Source of the DNA: an uncultured Verrucomicrobiae bacterium
GTDB taxonomy: Bacteria; Verrucomicrobiota; Verrucomicrobiia; Chthoniobacterales; JAATET01
Length of the DNA stretch: 64,000 nt
Assembly: GCA_963803825.1 (NCBI GenBank)
Contig: CAWDOJ010000001.1
Location: forward strand, 151,102-215,101
Direction of reading: 5' to 3'
The notes beneath the pieces were generated by a model, which saw nothing but the letters and a program-made list of their open reading frames with translations, was not told the origin of the DNA and made no database searches. Below, piece after piece: positions 57,035 to 64,000 of the stretch. A program made the position numbers and the translations under genes. Numbering within the stretch: position 1 is the stretch's first letter; every line of letters starts with the position of its first letter.

Positions 57035-58945
57035 GTGCACCGACCGCGACTGGTCCATCTCGTCGCAAGCCTCGTCTTTTCGTCGGCTGCTCTCAGCGAC
57101 GATGGCATCCCGAGCAGCATCTCTGCGGACCTCTCGCCGGACGTCGCGACGATCGTCACGCTGGAGCTTGCGGTCGACGACGAACACCTTGCCAATCCCG
57201 CCGGTTATTTTCCCGCGGAGCCGCCTGCGACCCGCGTGATCGACCGAGTCTCGGTCACCAATAGCGGCGATCTCCCACTCGACAGCCCCGTCCTTCGCGT
57301 CGACGGCCGCCCCTACCTGAGCCTGCTCGATCCGCTCGACTTCCTGAGTCTACCCGACCCGCCGACGCCCATCGGCCTTTACAAGGCGTGGACTCAGCAC
57401 CGGGTGCACGGCACGACCGACCTCGCGGCTAATCGCCACCCGACGGAAGTTCTCCGCTCCATCGGCGCAACCTTTTGCGGCGACGACACCCGCGCCCTCG
57501 GCCGCCTCCTCGCAGATATCGGCATCGAATCTCGCTTCGCACAAATGAATGGACACTCCGTCGCCGAGTATCAGTTCGGCGACCAGTGGGTGCTGCTCGA
57601 CGGCGACCAGAATGTATTTTATCTCCGCCTCGACAACCAGACCGTCGCTTCCGAGGCGGATCTGCTGGCTGATCCATTTCTTGTGCTCCGCAACCGCATC
57701 TACGGTCTCCGAGCCAACTGGTCCGCCGCGCACGCTTGGCAGAATACATCGCGCTTCGAGTTCGTTAATCCCGGCCCGCAGAAGCGATTTCGGGTTAAGG
57801 GAGACGGGGCACCGACGCAGTGGGCCTTTTTTCCTGGTGAGACGATCACCTTCTATCCGGATCGAATCCCCCGCGCCGTGATCGGCGCAAACGCTGGGCT
57901 ATCCGCGAACGAAACGCTTCGGAGCCAAGCCCGCCTCGCGGATTTTACCGTCGACCTCGCGGCCCGCCGCGCCGCCGGTTCCCCGCTTCGATCACCTCTC
58001 CCGATCCTCTCGGTTCGATCCGGGGGCGAAGAGAGAAGTCTCGCCCAGCCCGGCGATGAACCGATCTTCGAAATCGACCTCCCACCGGGAGACCGAGCCA
58101 CGCTCATCTGCCAGGTGTCCGCTGCGTTCATCCCGACGCTCCGATCCGGCGAGAACGAACTCGTCCTCTCCGGCGGCGGTCCGGTCCGGGTCGATTTCAC
58201 GCTGAATCCAGCGGCGTCGAAGCTGTCGCCATCCGCAGCTCCGACCGTTCAAGCGGATGCCATCTTCGCCGACGGGATTCCCACCTTTCGGATCGACGGT
58301 CCCGCCGAACAACTCTGGTGGCAGATCTCCGACTCCCCGACCTTCACGATCGTCCCACCAAACTTGGACACACTTGCCGACTTTGCCCCCGAGGTCCGCA
58401 TTCCCTCTGCCCTCGACCTCACTTTTCTGACTCCAGACCGCAAGCACTACTTCCGCGCCCGAGTTCGTCGGTCCGGAGTCTGGAGCGATTGGTGTCTCCC
58501 CGTGACGTTCATGGTCACCAAGCCCGACCAACCCGTGATCAAGGCGATCCGCATCATCAACCCGACGCAGGTCCAGCTCGATTTCGGCGACCAAGATGCC
58601 AGGGTCCGGGTCTACGGGTCGAACCGGCTCGATTTCCTACCGGATCTGTACTCACCGATTGAGCCCATCGAGATTGAGAACAATCGGATCGTCGAGAGCC
58701 GCCCGAACGACAATTTCTTGGGCGAATTTTCCGGCGAGCGCGGATTTGCAGTCGTTGCTCTTCGCCGCTTTTATCGCCTGATCGCCCGCGACGGAGACCA
58801 TTTCTCAGTTCCCTCCGACCTCGCAAAGCTGCCCCCCGCAGACAACGTGCCCCCGGCAACCGTCCTCCAGAACCGCCACCTCAAGGAAACTGGCGCGCTC
58901 ACGGGAGTCGACCGCGCCACCGAACGACCCGTCTCCGGCTGGTAG
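57035..58945 (+). CDS. secreted protein with transglutaminase-like Cys-His-Asp core
   Basis: GTG at 57035 gives the signal-like VHLVASLVFSSAALS. ATFCGDDTRALGRLLADIGIESRFAQMNGHSVAEYQFGDQWVLLDGD matches the C...H...D spacing of transglutaminase-like proteins. Confidence 0.65.
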   Translation: MHRPRLVHLVASLVFSSAALSDDGIPSSISADLSPDVATIVTLELAVDDEHLANPAGYFPAEPPATRVIDRVSVTNSGDLPLDSPVLRVDGRPYLSLLDPLDFLSLPDPPTPIGLYKAWTQHRVHGTTDLAANRHPTEVLRSIGATFCGDDTRALGRLLADIGIESRFAQMNGHSVAEYQFGDQWVLLDGDQNVFYLRLDNQTVASEADLLADPFLVLRNRIYGLRANWSAAHAWQNTSRFEFVNPGPQKRFRVKGDGAPTQWAFFPGETITFYPDRIPRAVIGANAGLSANETLRSQARLADFTVDLAARRAAGSPLRSPLPILSVRSGGEERSLAQPGDEPIFEIDLPPGDRATLICQVSAAFIPTLRSGENELVLSGGGPVRVDFTLNPAASKLSPSAAPTVQADAIFADGIPTFRIDGPAEQLWWQISDSPTFTIVPPNLDTLADFAPEVRIPSALDLTFLTPDRKHYFRARVRRSGVWSDWCLPVTFMVTKPDQPVIKAIRIINPTQVQLDFGDQDARVRVYGSNRLDFLPDLYSPIEPIEIENNRIVESRPNDNFLGEFSGERGFAVVALRRFYRLIARDGDHFSVPSDLAKLPPADNVPPATVLQNRHLKETGALTGVDRATERPVSGW

Positions 58946-58955
58946 TCATGACCCA

Positions 58956-59220
58956 TCAGATCGACGAAACGATCTGATACAAAACTGCCGCACCGCCTCC
59001 AAACGCCAGCACCGTCGGCTGAAACCAGACAGCGTGGCTGCCCTGGATGTCTAATCCGGTGAGAACTCCCGTCTCGGGTCTGAAATTGCACGACCAATCT
59101 CCAGAGAGTCGAGCCGTCGGTCGACTCGACGGCTTCGTAAGCCGAGATGGAGCCGACTGCTCGCTCATACCCGCACATCCTGAGGTAATTGACGACGAAC
59201 CAGACAGCGCCGAGAACCAT
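58956..59220 (-). pseudogene. small DUF3592-like membrane protein, apparently frameshifted (tentative)
   Basis: The frame from ATG 59220 gives MVLGAVWFVVNYLRM..ERAVGSISAYEAVESTDGSTLWRLVVQFQTRDG, a DUF3592-like beta core. After about 59070 a different frame gives VLTGLDIQGSHAVWFQPTVLAFGGGAAVLYQIVSSI-stop, a plausible C-terminal TM. Confidence 0.3.
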
Positions 59221-59362
59221 AGCGGCGGCACTTGCCTAGGAATGCGAGAGTCTCGTGAAGCGTCGCAGGACAAAATCAATTTCCGATTTTGAATTCAAGG
59301 CCGAATTGTTCGAAATCTGCAAAATGCACGCTCTTCTACCGATTGCCTAGGTCCGGGGCCGA

Positions 59363-60484
59363 TCATTCTCCGACCTCGCCGCCGAGTCGGATGGTTCGCC
59401 CACCGATCCCAGTGAAGATATCCCAAGCGATCGTGTCCGCCCACTGGGCCAATTCTGCCGCGAGAATCTCTTCGGTCCCTTGCCTGCCGATGAGCACCAC
59501 CTCGGCGTCGAGATCCGCTTCTTCCGAAGCCACGACGATCTGATCCATCGTGACTCGACCGACCACCGGACACCGCCGACCACCGATCAAGACCTCCGCT
59601 CCCCGACCGGAGGCCCGGCGGGGATATCCGTCCGCGTAGCCGACGGTCACCGTCGCCAATCGCATGGCCCGCGGCGTCACGAACGTCCGACCGTAGCCCA
59701 CCGTTCGCCCAGCCGGCACGTCGCGCACCAGCCCCACCCGCGCTTTCCACGTCAACACTGGGCGGAGCGAAGGCTGGTGCTCGGTCATCGGCGCACTGCC
59801 GTAAAGCATGAGCCCCGCTCGGACGAGATCGTAAGCCTGCCCGCCGGGTCTCAGGACTCCAGCGCTGTTGAGAGCGTGGACTCGCGCCTCGGGAAAGATG
59901 CCCCGGATCGTGCCCATCAATCGGTCAAATCCAGCCAACTGCGCCCGGGTGAAGTCCTCATCATCGTCCGCCGAGGGCAGGTGCGTCGAGACGCTGTGGA
60001 CTTCCACGTTTTTCAAATCAGCAATCGCTCGGCAGACCGATTCTGCGTCCTCGTGCCAGATCCCGATTCGACCCATGCCTGTATCGAACTTCACGTGCAG
60101 TCTAGTCGGCTTTGCCACGGATCGCGCAACGTCGGCGTACGCGGAAGCCTCCTGCTCGCCCGAGATGACGGGGATCAATCCGGCCTCGACAACGGCGTCC
60201 CGCTCGCCGGGCAGACAGGGACTCATCAGCAAAATATCCGGGCCGTCGCCCGCCGACGCTCGCACTTCGCGCGCTTCCGTGAGGTTGGCGACCGCGAAGG
60301 CCGAAGCAAGATCGCGCAGAGCTGGGACGACAATCCCGACACCGTGGCCGTAGGCGTTGGCTTTGACGACCGCCATCAACTCCGCACCGACACCACTCAA
60401 CGCGAGGGCGTAGCCAGCGTTCGCCCGGAGAGCTTCGCAGTCCACCTCGGTCCAAACTCGGCAGTGGTTGGCCATTTTCTCCAT
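59363..60484 (-). CDS. alr: alanine racemase
   Basis: MAVVKANAYGHGV (PLP lysine), plus VHSVSTHLPSADD and GYADGYPR motifs. Start placed at ATG 60484 (or 60475). The upstream 88 codons of the ORF are R/G-rich. Confidence 0.92.
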   Translation of the reverse strand: MEKMANHCRVWTEVDCEALRANAGYALALSGVGAELMAVVKANAYGHGVGIVVPALRDLASAFAVANLTEAREVRASAGDGPDILLMSPCLPGERDAVVEAGLIPVISGEQEASAYADVARSVAKPTRLHVKFDTGMGRIGIWHEDAESVCRAIADLKNVEVHSVSTHLPSADDDEDFTRAQLAGFDRLMGTIRGIFPEARVHALNSAGVLRPGGQAYDLVRAGLMLYGSAPMTEHQPSLRPVLTWKARVGLVRDVPAGRTVGYGRTFVTPRAMRLATVTVGYADGYPRRASGRGAEVLIGGRRCPVVGRVTMDQIVVASEEADLDAEVVLIGRQGTEEILAAELAQWADTIAWDIFTGIGGRTIRLGGEVGE

Positions 60485-60498
60485 CGGAGTGGACGTTT

Positions 60499-61119
60499 TC
60501 AGGATTCCTTCTGCCCCGCCAGCCTTCCCTCGAACGCTTCGTAAGCATTGCCCCGCACGGAGTAATACCAGTCTCCCCGGCCCGCGTGCAGTTCGACGCA
60601 CGCCAACATCTGCAAGGCGCGCAATTGCCTTTGCAGCGCCGAGGCATCGCTCTCGACGAGAGAGAGAGCACTCCGGGGCGCTTTCCCCGCAGCCGAGATG
60701 GCTTCCAATAGCGCCCAAGCTCGCCGCGATCCGTCCTGCTCCAACCACACGACCGCGCCGACATTTCCCCAGATCGCGAGAGTCAAGCGCACCGGCAACA
60801 GGGCAAAGTCAGTGAAGACATGCAATCCTACGATCTCTCGATCACTCAGCGGGGCGTAGCGGTGTCTCCAACGATCAAGTAGGCCCCAGACCAAGAGAAG
60901 ACCCGCGCACACCAGAGCGCTCGCCAGGATCCAGGGCGGAATCGTGGGACCCTCGTCACCTCGGACGGCCGTCGTCAGCCCGAGCAAGATGAGGACGAAA
61001 AAGAAGTAGGCCAGATTCCAAGCCACCACGGCTGCCACGAGCGACAACGCGGCCATGGTGATCGCGTGGACGTTGTGAGCGCGGATGAGACGGCGAAATT
61101 CCGCCGGAGCTGGCTTCAT
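60499..61119 (-). CDS. hypothetical integral membrane protein
   Basis: Three hydrophobic helices (ITMAALSLVAAVVAWNLAYFFFVLILLGL, WILASALVCAGLLLVWGLL, FALLPVRLTLAIWGNVGAVVWL). ATGA overlap with the larE-like gene. Confidence 0.6.
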   Translation of the reverse strand: MKPAPAEFRRLIRAHNVHAITMAALSLVAAVVAWNLAYFFFVLILLGLTTAVRGDEGPTIPPWILASALVCAGLLLVWGLLDRWRHRYAPLSDREIVGLHVFTDFALLPVRLTLAIWGNVGAVVWLEQDGSRRAWALLEAISAAGKAPRSALSLVESDASALQRQLRALQMLACVELHAGRGDWYYSVRGNAYEAFEGRLAGQKES

Positions 61120-61904
61120 GCCCCGGGGCCGACGTAACCCTCCGGGTCGAGTTCCACTCGACCGAAGCCCGCTGCCAGGAGATCTCGCTCGAGTCGGTCT
61201 CGCCGCGCCTCCAGAAGATTCATTTCCGGCGGCGCGATCTGCACCCGCGCGGTCGGTGGCTCTCCTTCGACGTAACGAACCCGAAATACCCGGAAACCGA
61301 GAGCACGCACGCTGGCCTCACCACGTTCGACAAATCCCAAGGCCTCCCGCGTGACCGGGGTGCCGTGGGGGATTCGCGAGCTGAGACAAGGCTGCGCTGG
61401 CTCGTCGGCTGTCGGCAGACCAAGTTGCCGCGACAGCGCCCGCACGTCCGCCTTCGTCAGCCCAGCCAAACGCAAGGGCGCCAATACGCGGAATTCTGCT
61501 GCCGCCCGCGACCCCGGACGGAGAGCGGCTGAGTCATCGGCATTCTCGCCGTACGCGATAGCCCGGAAGCCGCGCCCTCGAGCCAAGTCATCGAGCTTGG
61601 CAAACAATTCTGCTTTGCAGAAATAGCAGCGATTGAGTGGGTTACTGGCGTAGTCAGGATTCTCCATCTCCTCGGTTCGGATGGTCTCGACCTCGACTCC
61701 GAACCCTCTCGCGACGTCAATCGCCGCAGTGAGAGCCGCCCGCGGGAGACTCGGACTGTCCGCGATGACCCCGGTGACTCTCGACCCCAGCACGCGAGCG
61801 GCCACGGCAAGAAGACAAGCGCTGTCGACTCCGCCGGAGTAGGCGACGGCGAGCGGGGCATTTTCCTCCAAGATCCCCTCCAATGCCTCGATTCGTTCCG
61901 TCAC
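61116..61904 (-). CDS. larE: PP-loop ATP-utilising enzyme, LarE / TIGR00268-like
   Basis: PP-loop LAVAYSGGVDSACLLAVA, plus NRCYFCK and AQPCLSSRIPHGTPVT. Confidence 0.82.
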   Translation of the reverse strand: MTERIEALEGILEENAPLAVAYSGGVDSACLLAVAARVLGSRVTGVIADSPSLPRAALTAAIDVARGFGVEVETIRTEEMENPDYASNPLNRCYFCKAELFAKLDDLARGRGFRAIAYGENADDSAALRPGSRAAAEFRVLAPLRLAGLTKADVRALSRQLGLPTADEPAQPCLSSRIPHGTPVTREALGFVERGEASVRALGFRVFRVRYVEGEPPTARVQIAPPEMNLLEARRDRLERDLLAAGFGRVELDPEGYVGPGA

Positions 61905-61985
61905 CTCGCCCCTACCTTACGCAATCGTCTCGTCCGCGCCACTTCGCATTCCAATCGCAGCGAAATCAAGTTACCGTCCGGGGAG

Positions 61986-62201
61986 ATGATCCGCCGCACG
62001 AAGACCCCAGCCCGCCTCAGCCAGATCGCTTCCACCGTTCTTCCAATTGTCGTCATGCTCGGTTTTTCATCCTGTGCCTACCCGCCGCGTCCGGTCGTGC
62101 CCGGCTACGGCTACGACCGGCCTCGGGTCGACAATCGCATCGAGCGTCGACAGGACAACCGCGATGACCGCCGCGACCGCCGAAGCGGGCGATACGATTG
62201 A
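61986..62201 (+). CDS. small basic/acidic lipoprotein (hypothetical)
   Basis: Lipobox VVMLGFSSC, followed by an R/D-rich tail (RRQDNRDDRRDRRSGRYD). Confidence 0.4.
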   Translation: MIRRTKTPARLSQIASTVLPIVVMLGFSSCAYPPRPVVPGYGYDRPRVDNRIERRQDNRDDRRDRRSGRYD

Positions 62202-62506
62202 TCTCCGCGCTTCCCGAAGTTGACGGGAATTGAACGTTCCCCCGGCGGGAACCATCGTTCGCTTCGGATCCTTTGGATCGCTACCGAAGCCTGAGTCTGC
62301 GGTGTTCTCAGCGGATCACACGGCAGCCGGCCCAGCGTCGGGCTAGCCTATCGGCCTCAGTTCTGCTTTTGGCGTCTGCGGCATGTCAATCACCCCAAAG
62401 CACAACGCAAAGAGACCATTCACTTCGGTTTCCCGCCATCCACGTGGTTCAGGTTCCTGAGCAGATCCGGTTCGCAATCGCCCGATTGCTCACCGGCGAT
62501 CAAACG

Positions 62507-62538
62507 CAAAAACCCCTCCGCCGAAGCGGAGGGGTTTT
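62507..62538 (-). terminator. rho-independent (bidirectional-capable) terminator
   Basis: Perfect 11-bp stem AACCCCTCCGC / GCGGAGGGGTT with a CGAA loop. Followed by TTTTT on the minus strand and TTTT on the plus strand. Lies 27 nt downstream of the OMP gene stop. Confidence 0.75.
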
Positions 62539-62564
62539 CGTCTTAAGTCTGTTCGATCTCTCTC

Positions 62565-63416
62565 TTAGAAGGAGAAGGTAACCGATCCGCCACCCCAGAA
62601 GGTGTTGGTGTCGGTGCCGATGAGGTCGTTCCACTGGTAGCTGTAAGCGCCGTAAGGAGCCACGCTGACCACTTCGCTGAGGGCGATGGGCAGTGCCACA
62701 CCGAGCTGAGCGTCGTTACCACCGGTGAAGGGGTTCGGCGAATCGCCGCGCTCCGTCAGGTTGTAGCGGAAGTTGGTGCCGAAGGAAGCCCAAGGCGTGA
62801 GAGCGACGACGTCCTGATAGATCGGGATTTCGACGTCAACACGACCTTCGAGGTAGCTGGAAGCCTGCTCGGCGAAACCACGCTGACCTGGCTTTGGTCC
62901 GACGTTGAAGAAGTAGTTCACACCGGGAGTCACCGTGACCGGACCGATAGCGATGGCGTAAGCCGCTCCGACACTCAACTCGTGGGAGTAGAGACCGAAG
63001 GTTTCGCTAAGGATGTGGTAGTAGGTGTATCCAAGGCTAACTGCGAGGTTGCCGAAGGTGTGCGTGTAAGCAGCGTATCCGTCAAATTCCTTGTAGCTGG
63101 TCTCGGTGATGCCGAAGGCAACCCAGGAACCGAGCGTAAGGAAATCATTCTCGGAGAGGTTGAACGTGACGCTGAGGTCAGTCCAGTAAAGGCTGGAACC
63201 GTAGTCCTCGAAGCCAGGAAGGATGTTAACACCGCGGAACATGTAAAGGCTGTCCCAGCCAGTGCTCAGATCGGCATTCCACCACTGAACGGGTTCGACG
63301 ACGTCGATGACGACTTTCTCTTCTTTGAAGGACTTGATGTCCCCTGCGAAGAGGGCGCTGCCCGAAAGGACGGCGACGGTGCTGAAAACTGCAGCAAACT
63401 TGGTAGCGACTTTCAT
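62565..63416 (-). CDS. outer-membrane beta-barrel protein (hypothetical, porin/OprD-unrelated small barrel)
   Basis: Signal peptide MKVATKFAAVFSTVAVLSGSALFA. Alternating aromatic beta-strand pattern ending in GGGSVTFSF. Confidence 0.72.
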   Translation of the reverse strand: MKVATKFAAVFSTVAVLSGSALFAGDIKSFKEEKVVIDVVEPVQWWNADLSTGWDSLYMFRGVNILPGFEDYGSSLYWTDLSVTFNLSENDFLTLGSWVAFGITETSYKEFDGYAAYTHTFGNLAVSLGYTYYHILSETFGLYSHELSVGAAYAIAIGPVTVTPGVNYFFNVGPKPGQRGFAEQASSYLEGRVDVEIPIYQDVVALTPWASFGTNFRYNLTERGDSPNPFTGGNDAQLGVALPIALSEVVSVAPYGAYSYQWNDLIGTDTNTFWGGGSVTFSF

Positions 63417-63652
63417 AAGGTTGTTTTGTTCTTTGTTTTTGGTTTTAGCGATCTGGTCGGACCTTCAGGTCTTCCCGGATCAGTCACGCTGGTTGGGCAT
63501 GATTGCCTGCCCATTCAGCATGGATCATGCCAATGGATTAGGGGCGGGAGTCGACACCGTCAATAGTTTTTCAAATTTTTTTTGAACAATCTTGAACGGC
63601 CATTGTCACCAACGAGCGTTCTTTCTCGGACGAGACCCTTCGGCACAGCTCG

Positions 63653-64000
63653 CTACGGCTGAATGACGCTGATGTCGCCGGGCTGAATCTGGCAGAAAAC
63701 TTCCTGACCCTCGTGGAAGTCCAGACCTTCTTTTCCGTCGTTCGCCACGAGGGCTCCAAGCTCCAATCCCCCGGCCGTCACCACGGTCAATTCGTCGACG
63801 GCACCCTTGAAGATCTCGACCGCCACTCGCGCTGGGAAGACATTCGCCCCGTCCGGTCGCTCCCGGAAGAGACAGATCTTCTCGGGGCGGAGCGACAGGA
63901 GAAGCTCGCTCCCGGTTGCGACCGCTTCACCCGCGCTCACCGAGATCGCCAATCCGCCCTCGACGTCGCACCGCACGAGACCTGCGTCGCGACCGGTGAC
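63653..64000 (-). CDS. ABC transporter ATP-binding protein, C-terminal TOBE-like regulatory domain (N-terminus beyond the window end)
   Basis: The frame stays open to nt 64000 (VTGRDAGLVRCDVEGG...). LLLSLRPEKICLF...FPARVAVEIFKGAVDELTV...GQEVFCQIQPGDISVI resembles PotA/CysA/FbpC C-terminal domains. Confidence 0.65.
   Translation of the reverse strand, partial: VTGRDAGLVRCDVEGGLAISVSAGEAVATGSELLLSLRPEKICLFRERPDGANVFPARVAVEIFKGAVDELTVVTAGGLELGALVANDGKEGLDFHEGQEVFCQIQPGDISVIQP

Noticed and set aside
63417-63652. AT-rich tract and 8-10-bp inverted repeat (TTGGCATGAT ... ATCATGCCCAA, about 63495-63535) upstream of the small OMP gene, as a possible riboswitch or promoter
   Set aside because: There is only a loose TTGACG-N17-TAATCC promoter-like match on the minus strand and one short imperfect hairpin. 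I cannot support a specific regulatory element from sequence alone.

Overview
High-GC (~60-65%) bacterial chromosomal window. It is probably Verrucomicrobiota: there are two PEP-CTERM sorting-signal proteins and many secreted or anchored hypothetical proteins. This taxon call is an inference. Coding density is high, and many long antisense shadow ORFs in the supplied track are GC artefacts.

Housekeeping genes flank the central locus:
- Left side: pyk, slyD-like PPIase, comM/yifB, an E1alpha-E1beta-E2 2-oxoacid dehydrogenase operon, and leuC and leuD split by a TraB/GumN gene.
- Right side: NUDIX, DoxX, tRNA-Met, tRNA-Pro, purD, an S41 peptidase, alr and a larE-like gene.

The centre (about 20.6-42.6 kb, possibly to 48.4 kb) is one tightly packed minus-strand locus. 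In transcription order it encodes:
- a TpsB (ShlB/FhaC) transporter;
- a DUF2341-LamG-ExbB fusion, ExbD and a TonB-like protein;
- a porin-like outer-membrane (OM) beta-barrel and a periplasmic coiled-coil protein;
- a SurA-like PPIase;
- a 3,990-aa filamentous-haemagglutinin-type TpsA;
- a Sel1-repeat protein and a membrane-anchored disordered protein.

A proton-motive-force (pmf) transducing Ton module embedded between the two partners of a two-partner secretion (TPS) system is the most unusual feature and my main candidate for an undescribed system.

Secondary observations:
- an internal compensated double-frameshift segment in tpsA;
- an Spt / bCerS-like / CerR-like putative ceramide operon with a frameshifted acyltransferase;
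- a repeated palindromic element flanking the leu genes;
- an extreme Q/R/E repeat tail on a DUF3300 protein.

I saw no CRISPR array, rRNA, transposase or integrase. All functional calls rest on motif recognition by eye in the translations; no database searches were run.
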